A DNA stretch of 64,000 nucleotides from Paraspadella gotoi (Eukaryota; Animalia; Chaetognatha). This document shows, in pieces, positions 14,047-27,386 of the stretch. The notes under the pieces are model-generated. The model searched no databases. It saw only the letters and a list, made by a program, of their open reading frames with translations, and was not told the origin of the DNA. The first letter of the stretch is position 1; each line of letters opens with the position of its first letter. A program made the translations under genes and the position numbers. The stretch lies in the NCBI GenBank assembly GCA_051294375.1, contig CM119268.1, positions 13,287,989 through 13,351,988 on the forward strand, given 5' to 3'.

Positions 14047-14640
14047 TATAGCTGTAAAAATTCGAATTAACTTAATAAGTTTAAAGTGAAACGAACAACA
14101 TTATACTAATGAACATTAAATGATAAACAAAATTGTTAATAAATTTTAACAATTTACGGATAGGCCATATTTTATACTACTACTAAATCCAATAAATTTC
14201 AAAATAGTTTTTTTTGTAAGAATTTGGATTCGCATGTAAAGTTGATAATTAAAGAGAAAATACTTTCAAAATCTCTTATTGTCAATATAAACCATATTAA
14301 AATGAATTAAATTATAATATATTTTTAAAATTTTTTACCCATCTCTAATGATAAGAATTTTTAAAAAAATGGATTCACTATTTTCTTTTAATCAACTTTT
14401 GACGAAGGAATATCAAAATCTGTAATCAAAATTAAGAAAAAGCCTATTTTGAAACTTTTGTCGATTTTATAGTATACTATAATAAATAACCATATGCGAA
14501 AATTGTAAGAACATTAAATTAATTATTTTTTTACCAAAATTAATTTCACTTGATGGACTCATCTTATTGTAAAAAATAGTGATGTTTGTTCATAATTGAC
14601 ATTTAGTAATTTTCCGTATGATAACTTTCAACTACGTTTC
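14047..14640 (-). mobile_element. Diverged or noisy second copy of the 4124-4788 MITE family
   Basis: 14585-14636 (GTTTGTTCATAATTGACATTTAG...ACTTTCAACTACG) is the reverse complement of 4129-4180. 14058-14120 (AATTCGAATTAACTTAATAAG...ACGAACAACATTATACTAATGAACATT) matches the reverse complement of 4700-4775. Boundaries approximate. Confidence 0.7.
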
Positions 14641-15454
14641 CTACGTTGTTTATCTATTCTTCATACTTATTGTCGCTCGTCTTTATCGCCGGCCATTTCG
14701 TCAACACGCCTCGTCTTTTCCGCCAAGTCCTCCAGCTCAACTCCTTCTGGACTGGATTTCTTGTTCTTCGGAAGTTCTGTTCGAAGCCGAAAAGCGCCCC
14801 CCCCCCCTCTGGCGAATCCAAGCGCAGATCTGGATCGGATTCATCCCCTCGGCCGTTGCGGTTGTTGTTGTTGTTATTGTTTTGTGGTTATGTTGTAGTT
14901 GCGGTCGATTGCGCCGAGTCCTTTCCAGCCGCTTCGAAAAACAAAAATAGCAACAAAATAACACATAAAACAACCGAGCCAAGTCGAGGTAAAGGTTGTT
15001 TCTTCTTATTTCGTCAGTCTTCGTATTAATCATTTGACATTGAAAAAAAAATCAAATAAATTGGCTCTTTAACTATTCTCCGGCGGAACCTTTATTTGTT
15101 TTCATGCTTCTCTTGTATAACTCACTCTTTCGTTTCGACCTGCTCTTAAATTTAATGTAAATTCCGTACTTATTGAATTCGTTTAAATAAAGACGATTTT
15201 TCTCCGGCCAGACAACATGTTTAACCGTTCATCGAAAAGCTGTGAAGCCAATCCTATTCTTTTACGCCACGCAAGCATGTTTGGAATTTCACCGAACCAA
15301 CTAAAACGGTCACAATTGAATTTTTTGTTTCAAAACTGTAATCGACGACTTTGGATCGATCGCCCGAGTCAGAACACCCGCTTCGTCTTAAGAATCCAAT
15401 GTTTTCATTTTTTTGCCGACCTTTCGTTAAAATCCGCCGCCTTCACGCTCGCCA

Positions 15455-16578
15455 GTTCTCGCAAAGCCACGAACTTTTGCGCCAGTTCGAAATGCCTTCG
15501 AGACAAGAGAGGCCGACGTCCGGTGGAGACCTCTCGACTCCCGGAGGAATCGAACCTGATCGAGTGGACGGAGATTTCCCGACGGGAGGCATTGTGATCC
15601 TCCACGAAGGCTACGACGACTTCCACGCGCCACATACCACTTGGCGGACGGAGAATTCCTTTGTTCACGAATTCGACGTCGATCACAGGCGAGTTTGTTG
15701 GAGATGAATCAAATATATAATATATTATTTGAGATAAAAGTTTGAATTTTTTATGTATAAATATATAATTAAATATATATGACAGTAATAATGATTTTTA
15801 ATAAGGGAAATTACCGCCACTAACTCTATCCTTTTAGACCGCTCGCACATGCGCGGTAATCCAACCTCTCCTCGAAGACCCGTCAAGATCGCAGACGCCG
15901 CCTCCCTCTGCCGCTCAGTTGCAGCCACCGTGCCACCACTGCCCGCGCAACGCTCTGCTGCCTCCCTACGCGTGTCGCGCTACACTCTTGCCACGCCCAC
16001 GGTGGCGGCGCGGAACGGCGCGCACGAGATCGAGGGCGACGGCGGAAAGAATAACGCTCTGGCGACGAGCTCTCGCCGAATTCCAACGAGTTCAAGGTAG
16101 GCGGCAGAGGCGTAGTTGAAATGCGTTCAGGTTGTAGCGATTGGCATTGTGCAATGTGAATTGTCAATTGGTGCTTGCATTTTGAACCGATGCATTCAAA
16201 TAGGGGAAGCTTCGATAGAGCAGTTTTAACTTTAAAGAAAAGTCAATGTTTATGCATGGACGCTTTGTAGACAATTGACATGTCTGTAATCTGATTAAAT
16301 CTGCTCGCCCAATCTCGCTTTGTTCCGACCCGACCTTGTTATATCAGAAAACTTATGAATTGCACTTACCCTTCCACCTTACCTAATACGAAATTCCTTT
16401 TCAGAGACGAAAAACGAAGAAAACGTGTTCGACGACATCCGACAAGCGGACGTCCTCCTTCACCGTCGCCGTCGTCCCAGTCGTCCGTCAAGTTGACGTC
16501 GCAACCACTGCGGGCGCTGTCAACCTGAAGGATAGGAGGAGCAGAAAAGCGGGGAATCAGAGATGGAGGAGAGAGAGA

Positions 16579-16610
<32 letters not shown>

Positions 16611-19600
16611 CGAGAGAGGATGAGATGGAGAGAGAGAGAGAAGAGAGAGACTTTAGCGCCGCCTACAAGGCGATTAAAATTTTTAATTGCTGACACCAAT
16701 TTTAGAATTTACGCGCCGTTGTAAAGCAGCTCATGCCGACGAACAACAAACAACGCAAGACAAATATTCGTCACATTGAATCAGCTACACCGAAATATTT
16801 TTACAATTTATTTCGCCAATTGTTTCCCGTGCCACAAACAAACGAAAAAAAAAAACAAACAACAAATAAAGAAAACTTATAAACCAAAAAACAAGTTTGC
16901 GAACTTCCATTCGACCCTCAGCGTCAGCTCCTCTTGCAAGATTGCTTCGTGGAGGCGACCCACCAGCTGAGCTAACAGGGACCTGAAGGGTCAAAAGCAG
17001 AGGAGCTTGGGGGATTTTGCTGAAGACAAAGGAGGAAAAGAGACAAAAGAAAGACAGGAAAATGGAGGACGAGGGGAGGAGAAGAAGAGGAAGGTAGGAA
17101 GAGGAGGAAGGAGAAGAGAAAGAGGAGGAAGGGGTGGAACGGAGATCGTGACATCGGCGGAACGAGCGACTCCTGGCAGGCGGCCGGAGAAAGAGACATC
17201 AAGGCTTGAAAAAAGCGAAAAAAAGAGCAAAGGGCTGTGAAAGAGGAGAAAGGTGAACAAGAATTGTCGAGAAAGATACGACGTATTCGTCGACAATTCA
17301 AACTTTTAAAAAATATCGAATTATAGAAATTTTAATCGGCTAAATTTTACTTTCTCCGCCGCCGCTTAAAAAACACTCAAACCCTAACCAACACCCTTTA
17401 TTTTGCTGTTAAATGAAGCGAAACAAATTCAAATTTTCCGTTCGTTCGTTCACTTGTCTGACTTCTCTCGTTCTCAACTTCGTAGATCTCGGACAAAATG
17501 CGATGAAGAGGCGACGAAAAGAGTAGTAGAATACATAGAGTTGCAATGATTAACAGAGACGGCGAAGGCTCTAAACAACAAAAAAAAGTCAATCCTCGGT
17601 TGCATCTCAAGAATCCGTTTTGTCGCCAATACCTTCACAAAATTTTATTTTTTTTGGCGATGTTGAAATTGAGACAATTTGCTTCTTCTTTTTTTTCGTC
17701 GCAAGATGGTGTTTTAAAACGTTCCGATCCGAGCGCGCTTGCGCCGAAGGAAAAAACGAATCTCGTTGAAAAATAAAATTAAACATTAAGACGATTGAAA
17801 GCTCCGGTGTGTCGATAATAGTTTGCTCTTTTTTGATTAGTACTACATTTATTAGTTGATATTTTAAGAAAAAAAAAGAAGTGTACTTGGTTTTTGTTTG
17901 TATTGTTTGTTTTTAATTTATAAATTTTAGAAAAATTAATCGATGCTCAAGCGATTTCTCGTATTTCCCCACATCCCCCGCTCTCAGGCATTCAGTTCGC
18001 GCCGACGAAATGGCTCCATCGTCGTTCAGCGCGCAAATGGTCACGAGTCCGCAGAAGATTCGATGAATGAGAGGCTCATTGGCCGACAAGTCAATGGCAG
18101 CCGGGCGCACCCCCCACGCCATCATGAATCCCTCTCGCCGACTCCGATTTTGTAAAACCTCATCGTCTCATCAGTCCTCTACAAATCCAGTCGTCGGTCC
18201 GGGACCAAAGGCCCAGCACGAGGCAGCAGGGCCATAGCAGAAATGACGGAAGGTCATTCTATCCCAGATCAGTATCATTTCGATTGAGCTGAAGTGATCT
18301 CAAATTGGCTGTGCCACGCCCCGGCTTATGTCCCGCAATTATTGCCACAGGGTTAATATCCCCTTTGTTTCATTCCGCAGCTGACGTGTTCTCATCGACT
18401 CGTGCGCAATTATATCTTTTGTCGATATTGTACAGATTATTATTAACGACAGGTGATGTTTTATTAATAGTTATTTTTTTAAACAACCGCAGAGCGGCTG
18501 TTGGGTTACGCCTGCATATCAGCCTCTAACGTACATAAATTTAAGAAATCCCCCGAGAAAACTCGCAATAGCTACTTATAATTTAAACTACCAATGCGTT
18601 TTTATTTTAATTTTTTTTGGGGTCCTATTTTTAATTGGCAAACAATTCCTCTGTTTGTTAACTCCCAAGGTTCTCTTCCCTCTTCTTCATCAAACATTAT
18701 CGAGCTCAAATGTTTTCAATGCTTGTACGGCCGATAGACGCTATCTGCTAGCCCCCCCTCCAGTCGCCTTCAGCGCATCAACACCTAACAACACACACAG
18801 CATCAGCAACTAGACCATTGCTCACCAAACAACAAGGCAGTCCTTGACTAACCTAACCGAGCAGCCAGCAAGTGTTGGCTAGATCGTTTCCAATCTTATG
18901 TCAGCTTTGACGACAGACAAAAGACGCTGTTGAGAAGTACAGTTTTTTTGTTCCCGGAGAAACTTTTATCATCTTGAACGCAAATATGAAAATGCTCAAT
19001 CGCGGTCCTTTCGTTCAGCTCTCCTGCTGCAAACGCCTCGCAGACGCGAGAATCGAAGGGCGGATCTTGCATGACAAGATCGGCGAAACGGCGCAATACC
19101 ATGATCCAAAACATGGGGCCGCAGTTCAAAAGGGACGGTGAATTTAACAGATAGGGAAGATGGCGTAGTGAGGAAGCGGAGGGAAACTCATTTACGCAAT
19201 CGCTTCGAGTGAGTTAAGTGAGAGAAAAAGATGAAATTAATTTACTATTATAATTTTACTAAATATCATTTTGATTTTGAAAACGAACTTTTATTTGACT
19301 TTTTTTTTCTTCAACTTCTCGCGCAGAGTTCTTTCCCACTCGGCCATAACTTCTTTAGGACGCGGCGTAACGCCGCCGGGAAGACGTCCTGTCTGGCGAC
19401 TCCTCGTCCGGAACGGAGCCACGCCCAACAAGCCTCCACGACTTCCGCGACATCGACGACGACGCAGACGACGCGAAGGCGGCTGGCACGACGACGTCAT
19501 AAAAGTGGGGCTCCATTCTATTAGCGGCTGTTTTGTTGATCATCTAGAGGTTGCGAGTGAGTGATGGTTTTGGGGCTCATGAATCGATTAAAAGAATCCG

Positions 19601-19798
19601 ATTTCCAATTATTATTAAGAATTCTCTATGAAACCCTTAAAATGAATACGGATTGATAGGATGAAATTTACGTTCAGTTGTATATTAACGTAATTACAAT
19701 TACACTATTTTTAGAAAAAGTTTCAAAAATGTTTCTTTCTTCAGGCGAGACATTCTGCTGAACGCCGTGCCACAGGTGGACAAGTTGCTCGATCGCAA
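15455..19798 (+). pseudogene. Frameshifted duplicate of the 5' exons of the downstream gene; most likely unpolished read sequence rather than a true pseudogene
   Basis: Matches exons at 21113-25103 but with dense 1-bp insertions spread equally over exons and introns. Confidence 0.45.
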
Positions 19799-19953
19799 GG
19801 TGATAAGAAGAGAGAGAGAAGAGAGAAGAGAAGAGAGAAGAGAGAGAGAGAGGAGGAAGAGGAGAGAGAGAGAGAGAGAAGAGAGCAAAGAGAGAATTGT
19901 TCCGTTCTGTCCACCTCCCGCAGCGACGNNNNNNNNNNNNNNNNNNNNNNNNN

Positions 19954-20362
19954 CGCAGTAGGCCATATTTATACTACTACTAATCCAATAAATTTCAAAA
20001 TAGTTTTTTTGTAAGATTTGGATTCGTCATGTAAAGTTGATAATAAAAGAATATAACTCTTTTTCACAAATACTAAATATATTTTTTAAAATTTTTTACC
20101 CTCTTAATGAAAGAATTTTTAAAAATGATTCATATTTTCTTTTATCAACTTTTGACGAGGAATTCAAATCTGTAATCAAAATTAAGAAAAGCCTATTTTG
20201 AAACTTTTCGATTTTATAAGGATAGTACTATATATAAATATAGCCTACTGCGAAAATTGAAGAACATTAAATAATTTTTTTTTTACAAATTAATATTCAC
20301 TGATGGTACGTTGTTCATAATTGACATTTAGAATTTTCGTATGTAACTTTCACTACGCTCTA
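19954..20362 (-). mobile_element. Partial copy of the same MITE family (in the duplicated segment, cut by an N gap)
   Basis: 20296-20362 reverse complement reads TAGAGCGTAGTGAAAGTTACATACGAAAATTCTAAATGTCAATTATGAACAACGTACCATCAGTGAA, matching 4124-4192. Confidence 0.75.
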
Positions 20363-21112
20363 CTGTTTATCTTCATACTTATTGTCGTCGTCTTTATCGT
20401 CGCCATTTTCGTCAACATCGTCGTCTTTTCCGCAGTCCTCCGCTCAACTCCTTCCTTGTCTTCGGAAGTTCTGTTCGAAGCGAAACGCCCCGCCCCCTCT
20501 GGGAATCCAAGCGCAGATCTGAGATCGGATTCAATCCTCGCCGTTGCGGTTGTTGTTGTTGTTATTGTTTTGTGGAGGTTGTAGTTGCGGTCGATTCGCC
20601 GAGTCCTTTCCAGCCGCTTCGAAAAAAAAAAAGCAACAAAAAACATAAAACAACCGAGCCAAGTCGAGGAAGGTTGTGTTTTCCTTTATTTCGTCGTCTT
20701 CGTTATAATCATTTTGACATTGAAAAAGAAATCAAATAAATTGGCTCTTTACTTCTCGGCGGAACCTTTATTTGTTTTCATGCTTTCATTGTAACTCACT
20801 CTTTCGTTTCGACTCTCTTAAATTATGTAAATCCGTCACTTATTGAATCGTTTAACGAATAACAAGACGATTTTTCTCCGGCCAGAAACTGTTTAACCGT
20901 TCATCGAAAGCTGTGAAGAAATCCTATTTATTACGCCACTGCAAGCATGTTTGAATTTCACGAACCAACCTAAAACGTCACATTGACTTTTTGTTTCAAC
21001 TGTAATCGACGACTTTGGATCGATCGCCGAGTCAGCACCCGCTTCGCTTAAGAATCCAAGTTTTCATTTTTTTGCCGACCTTTCGTTAAAATCGCCGCCT
21101 TCACGTCTCCAG

Positions 21113-23757
21113 TCTCGCAAAGCCACGACCTGCGCCAGTCGAAATGCCTTCGAGACAAGAGAGGCGACGTCGGTGGAGCCTCTCGACTCCCGGAGGATCG
21201 AACCTGATCGAGTGGACGGAGATTCCCGACGAGGATGTGATCCTCCACGAAGGCTACGACGACTTCCACCGGCCGCACTACCACTGGCGGGAGAATCCTC
21301 TTCACGTCGACGTCGATCACAGGCGAGTTTGTTGGAGATGAACAAAATAATAATTATTAAATTAAATTTTTTTTTTATGTATAAATATATAATATATAAT
21401 ATGACAGTAAAATGATTTTTAATTAAGGGAAATCCGCCACCCATACTCTATCTTTTAGACCCTCGTCCAGTCGCGGGATCCACTCCTCGAAGACCCGTCA
21501 AGATCCAGACGCCGCCTCCCTCCGCTCAGTCTGCAGCCACGTGCACCACTGCCCCGCGCACGTCTGCGCCTCCCACGCGTGCGCGCTACACTCTTGCCAC
21601 GCCCACGGTGGCGGCGCAGGAAGCGGCGCGCACAGATCGAGGGCGAGGCGGAAGAATAACAGCTGGGCGAGAGTCTCGCGAGATTCCAACGAGTTCAAAG
21701 GGTAGGGGCAGAAGGGCAGTTGAATGCGTTCAGGTTGTATAGGATTGTGCAATTGTGCAATGTGCATTGTAATTGGTGCATTGATTTTGAAGCCGATGCA
21801 TTCGAATAGGGCGAAGCTTCGAAAGAGGGCCGGTTTTAACTTTTAACAAAATAGCAAAATATGTTTCATTTATTAGTTTTATCGCATGGAAGGCTTATGA
21901 TACGAACAATTTTGAACGGAGATTTTAATCTGATTTCAATCTGCTCGCCCAATCTCGCTTTGTCGACCCGACTTGTTATCAGAAAACCTATGAATTGCAC
22001 TTACCCTTACCACTTACCTAATACGAATTCCTTTTTCAGAGACGAAAACGGACGAAGAAGAAGAATAAGAAAGAAAAGGAAGAGAAAGAAAACTATCCCA
22101 GATACACGACTCACGCTGTACTCACGACCAACTCTCGGAAAGAAAAAACGTTTGTTTGCGAACGACATCGACAACGTCTCCTTCCGTCGCCGCCGTCGTC
22201 CCAGTCGTCCGTCAAGTTGACGCTATCGAACCACTCGGGGGTAACCTTGGAGGAGGAGATGAGAAGAAAGGGGGAGTCGAGGGTGGGAATCAGAGGGGAG
22301 GAGAGAGATGGAGAGATGGAGCGAGATGAGCAGCGAAGATGAGAGAGCTGAGAAGAGAGAGGAGAGAGAGAGAGAGAAAAGAGGTAGGATCCCTAGGCCT
22401 TAACAAGCGCATTAAAATTTTTAATTGCTGACCAATTTTAGAATTAGCGCCGTTGTAGCAGCTCATGCGACGACAACAACAACGAAGACAAATATTCGTC
22501 ACTTGAATCAGCTACACCGTAATATTTTTAAATGTTATTTCGCAATTGTTTCCTGCCCAAACAAACAAAAAAAACAAACAAAAACAAAATAAAGAAAATT
22601 ATAAAACCAAAAAACAAGTTTTTGCGACTCCATCGACCCCTCAGGTCAGCTCCTCTTCCAAAGATTGCTTCGTGGAGCGACCCACCAGCTGGAGCTACAG
22701 GGACCTGAAGGGTCAAAAGCAGAGGAGCTTGGGGGATTTGCTGAAGCAAGAGGAAGAGAAAAAAGAGAAAAAGAAGCAGGAAAGGAGGAGAGGGGAGGAG
22801 AAGAGGAGGAAGGAGGAAGAGGAGGAGGAGAAGAGAATGAGGAGGAAGGGGTGGACGGAGATCGTGATCGCGGACGAGCGACTCCTGCAGGCGGCGGAGA
22901 AGAGACAAAGGCTGAAAAAAGCGGAGAAAAAAGAGCAAAGGGCTGTGAAAGAGGAGAAAGGTGAAACTAGAATTGTCGAGAAAGATACGACGTTTCGTCG
23001 ACAATTCAACTTTTAAAAATACTTGAGATTTAAATATATTGAAATTTTATCGGCTAAATTTTACTTTCGCCGACCGCGAAAAAACCCTAACCCTAAACCC
23101 CTTTATTTTGCTGTTAAATGAAGAAAAAATTCAAAATTTTCCGCTTCGTTCGTTCCTTGTCTTGACTTCTCTCGTTCTCACTTCCGTAGATTCGGACAAA
23201 ATGTCGATGAAGAGCGAGAAAGAGAGTAGAAACATAGAGTTGATGATAACAGAGACGGCGAAGGTAAACAAACAAAAAAAGACAATCCTCGTTGCATCTC
23301 AAAATCCGTTGTCGCAATACCTTCACAATTTTTTTTTTGGCGAGTGAAATTGAGAGATTTGCTTCCTTGTTTTTTCGTCGCAAGGTGATGTTTGAAAACG
23401 TTCGATCCGAGCGCGCTTGCGCCCGAGGAAAAACGAAATCTAGTTGAAAAATAAAATTAACTTAGACGATTGAAAGCTTTGTGTCGATAATAGTTGACTC
23501 TTTTTTGATTAGTTACACATTTATTAGTTATATTTAAGAAAAAAAAAAGTGTTACTTGGTTTTTGTTTGTTTGTTTGTTTTATATTAAATATTTAGAAAT
23601 TAATCGATGCTCAACGATTTCTCGTATTCCCCACATCCGCCTCCGCCCCTCTTCATCCGGAATCAGGTTCCGACGTCCGGACGAAAGGGTGAGATGGTCG
23701 CATCGCAAACGTCGTCGTCGTCAGCGACGCAAATGGCTTCCAGCAGAAGGCAGCAGG
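21113..23757 (+). CDS. 5' coding exons of a large uncharacterised gene: ~21113-21322, 21459-~21700, 22040-22240, 22645-22960, ~23669-23757
   Basis: GC-rich islands bounded by AG acceptors and GT/GC donors. Translations include NLIEWTEIPDEDVILHEGYDDFHRPHYHWRENPLH, RRKRTKKKNKKEKEEKENYPRY and VSSSSKDCFVERPTSWSYRDLKGQKQRSLGDLLKQEEEKK. Some phases do not join, consistent with residual indel errors. Confidence 0.65.
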
Positions 23758-24116
23758 TAACCATTGTCGATGAATTGACAGAAGGCTCATTGGCTCAAGA
23801 CAACGATCATTGATTGTAGACAGGGCAGATTTTATTGAAGGGTAATCCTTTGTTTCATTCCGCAGTGAGTTCTCTCGACGTGCAGATATTTTGTTCGATA
23901 TTGTACAGATTTATTATTAACCGACAGGTGATGTTTTATTAATAGTATTTTTTTTAAACCGAACGGTGTTGGTTCGCTGCATATCAGCCTCTACGTACAT
24001 AAATTTAAGAAATCCCCGCGAAACTCCAATAGCTACTTATAATTAAACACAATGGTTTTATTTAATTTTTTTTGGGGTCTATTTTAATTGAAACATCCTG
24101 TTGTTAACTCCCGAAG

Positions 24117-25104
24117 GTCTCTTCCTCTTCTCATCAACATTTCGCTCAAAGTTCTGCTTCGGCCGAAGCTTCTGTACAGTCGCAGCATCAACACCAACAA
24201 CAACAACGACAGCAACTATTGCAGCAACAACAGCAGCAACTACAACAACAACAGCAGCAAGTGTTGCTAGATCGTTCCAATCTTATGTCAGCTGACGACG
24301 ACAAAGAGGTGAGAAGACAGTTTTTTGTTCCCGGAGTAAAGACTTTTATATTTTGACGAAAATATGAAAATGCTCAATCCGGTCCTCGTTCAGATTCTGC
24401 TGCAACGCCTGCAAGAAGCCGAGAATCGAAGGGCGGATCTGATGAGCAAGATCGGCGAAACGGAATCCATGATCCAAAACATGGAGGCGCAGTTCAAAGG
24501 GACGGGAAAACAGAAGGAAGATGGCGTAGTGAGGAACGGAGGAACTCATTACGAACGCTTCGAGGAGGTGAGAGGAAAAAGATGAATTAATTTACTATTA
24601 ATTTTTACTAATATCATTTTGATTGAAAACGAACTTTATGACTTTCTCTTTCTTCACTTCACCGCCAGAGTTCTTCCCACTCGGCCCATAACTCTTACCG
24701 GACGGACGCCGCCGGAAACGTCCTGTCGGCCTCGTCCGGAAGCAGCCACGCCCACAAAGCCTCCACGCTTCCGGCGACATCGACGACGACGACGACGACG
24801 AAGGCGGCCAACGACGACGTCATAAAAGGAGTCGGCGTCCATTCCAAGTGAGCGGCTGTTTTGTTGATATCTAGAGGTTGGAGTGAGTGAGGTTTGGGGC
24901 TCATGAATCATTAAACAGCGTGATATTCCACTTATTTTAAGATTCTATGAACCCCTTAAAATGTATAGGATGATAGGTGAAATTACGTTCGTTTGTATAT
25001 TAAACGTAATTACAATTACACTATTTAAAAGTTTCAAATGTTTCTTTTCTTCAGGCGAGACACTGCTGAACGCCGTGCCAAGGTGGACAAGTTGCTGATG
25101 CAGG

Positions 25105-25184
<80 letters not shown>

Positions 25185-27386
25185 CTTGTCCAGTGTCCAC
25201 TCTCGAGGACGTCTCTCTCCTTAAACTAATGACCTTTCTTCCCGCCAGGTGGCCTCCGGGGGTGAGGAGGGGTTGACGCGCGGAGGACGGGACACCATCT
25301 CGTCGACGACCTCTTCCAAGAAGTCGGCCTCGATGAGTCACGCCGCTTCCCAAAGTCACGCCTCTCAGTCGCAATCGCACGTGAGCAGGAATCAGGTGAG
25401 AGGGTTCAAGTCTAATTGAGGGGGATCAGGTTTAGGGGGCAAGCCTGATCTAATTATGTGACCAACATGATCGTGACCTCCTTCTTCCAGGCCCCCTACT
25501 CGACCCTCTCCTCCGTCTCCTCCTCGTCGACTCAAGGCGCCCCCCCGCGGTCCCACGCCTCCCTGCTGCAAACGCAAGGAGGGATCCATTCGCAGCATGA
25601 ACACTTTGTTCAGCAGCAAAACGCACAAGTAAATTCTTGGGAAGATTAAGTTCCAACTGTTTAAATGGTCAATGATCACTTTCAATTAGTAATATTTTGA
25701 ATAGTTTGGTCTGTATCGTGGACATAAGGATACCTGAGGTCATCAACTTTTCTGTTCGTTTAAAAAAAAAGTGGCGAACTCTTCTTTCATTAAAGGCAGT
25801 GCACTCTGAATATAATGTGAAAGATATTTTGTCCATAACACGTGCTCAAATAAGCCGAAAGCTGGGACCGGGTAAACGCCGGGATGTTTATTTCAGCCAC
25901 TGAAAAACCTTTTTTTGAACTTCACGTTAATATGCAAATTAGATTATACGAATTCCACCGACAGAACCTCACGTTAAGCGAAAGTCCGACGCCGAGTCAA
26001 AGAATGCAAAGGACGAAATCCTCCTCTTCTCGACTCAACTCCGACACATTGGAAACTAGAGGAATTTCTATGAGGAGTAAGCATAAATAATAAAACATTG
26101 AAAACATAAAGGAAAAAAAAAATCTCTAAATCATAAAATTCCTTTGTATTGAAACAGGCGACGCGCTGACGCCGGCCAAAAGTCCCCGCATCATCAAGAA
26201 GACGATTCGGGCCCGAGGCGGATCAGTCGACAACATTCATCGGGGAAACGAGGAGAACGTTCACAGAGGTGAAAAGAAGAAGGGGAACGTTCACAGAGGT
26301 GAAAAGAAAAAGGGGAACGTTCACATAAGTCAAATTTAAAAGGAGAATGATCATTCGATTACTTATTCCTATGAATAAAAAAAAAAAAAATTCTGATTAC
26401 TTTTTGATTATTCTTTGCTTACCAATGTTAGATTGTCTTTGAATTTTATTGAGATGGTTTAAACTTGCCACTTCTTTTTCCAGAGGTGACGAAGACGGTG
26501 ACCTACAAGCCGGTGCCACTCCAGGCTCACACCATCGTCATCAACCAGACGAAGGAGATCATCAGAGAGGCGCCTCAAAAGTCACCGACGCCGGAACCGG
26601 AAGTTAAGCCGGAAATAGTCGTCGTCAAGGAGACGCCCAAGCCGCCGGAGAAAAGAGAGGTGAGAACTGAGGAGTGTTGCAAGAGGACTGCCAGTGTAAG
26701 GATCGGGAAAGAATGAATTATTAATATTGCCAAGGATAGGCGATTAAGACGATTAAGGCGATTAAGAATAAGAGAATTAAATTTGTACCAATTTCATAAA
26801 ATTCAGCTCCTTGTATTTTGATGCTAGTGCGGAGTACAATAAGTATTCCCCGATCTAATACTTAAGGGAGTGGTCTTTTCATACAATTGAAACATTCTTT
26901 GAAATATTTTCCACTTCATTGATAGGGAAGCCAGGTACTCTGGGAGTGAATAAACGGGACTGTGAGAGAGTCTTGATTGAAAGCTTGCAGGGACCTGCTA
27001 TGTAATTATCTTGTAAGAGTGATGGAGGCCTTAAACCACCAAAGCCTGTCCAAAGTCAGGGGCAAGATAGCTTATTTATTAAATGAATGGATAATTTTTA
27101 TATTGGTTGTACCAATTTCATAAACGAGACGCCGAAATAGAAATGACAAAATAAAATAAAGAGATTGAAGCGAATCGTCTGATTTTTCCTTTATTCCATA
27201 TCGTCCTAAGATGAGCATCCAAACGGATCTGGCTAAACCGGCGAAAACGAAATTGAAAACCTGCGACACTCAAACGGAAGTCGAGGTGCGATTCTTTCTA
27301 ATTTTAGACACGATGTTAAATATTTGAAACTTGAAATATCCATTGAACAAATTTTATCCTTTCAGGAAAATGTCGATGCGAAAAAG
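24117..27386 (+). CDS. Phase-consistent exon chain: 24117-24308, 24394-24567, 24669-24847, 25055-25103, 25249-25395, 25491-25628, 25965-26076, 26158-26268, 26484-26659, 27211-27285, 27366-27386; poly-Q, coiled-coil and Ser-rich uncharacterised protein
   Basis: All introns are GT..AG, and phases join without stops (0,0,2,0,0,0,1,1,0,0,0). Peptides include ILLQRLQEAENRRADLMSKIGETESMIQNMEAQF, KRDTAERRAKVDKLLMQ, EVTKTVTYKPVPLQAHTIVINQTKEIIRE, MSIQTDLAKPAKTKLKTCDTQTEVE and ENVDAKK. Confidence 0.88.
26255..26330 (+). repeat. 30-bp tandem repeat (2.5 units) spanning a splice donor
   Basis: GAACGTTCACAGAGGTGAAAAGAARAAGGG at 26255 and 26285, partial unit at 26315. Confidence 0.9.

Larger units (their letters stand above)
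14160..25210 (+). repeat. ~5.5-kb direct duplication (14160-19928 vs 19954-~25210)
   Basis: The same exons and introns occur twice in order, e.g. 15455-15688 = 21113-21322, 16920-17252 = 22645-22960, 19745-19798 = 25055-25103. The first copy is frameshifted throughout and ends at a 25-N gap (19929-19953). Confidence 0.95.

Noticed and set aside
26255-26330. 30-bp repeat as a CRISPR-like array (also 34795 and 59596)
   Set aside because: Units are head-to-tail with no unique spacers, there are no cas genes, and the context is eukaryotic.
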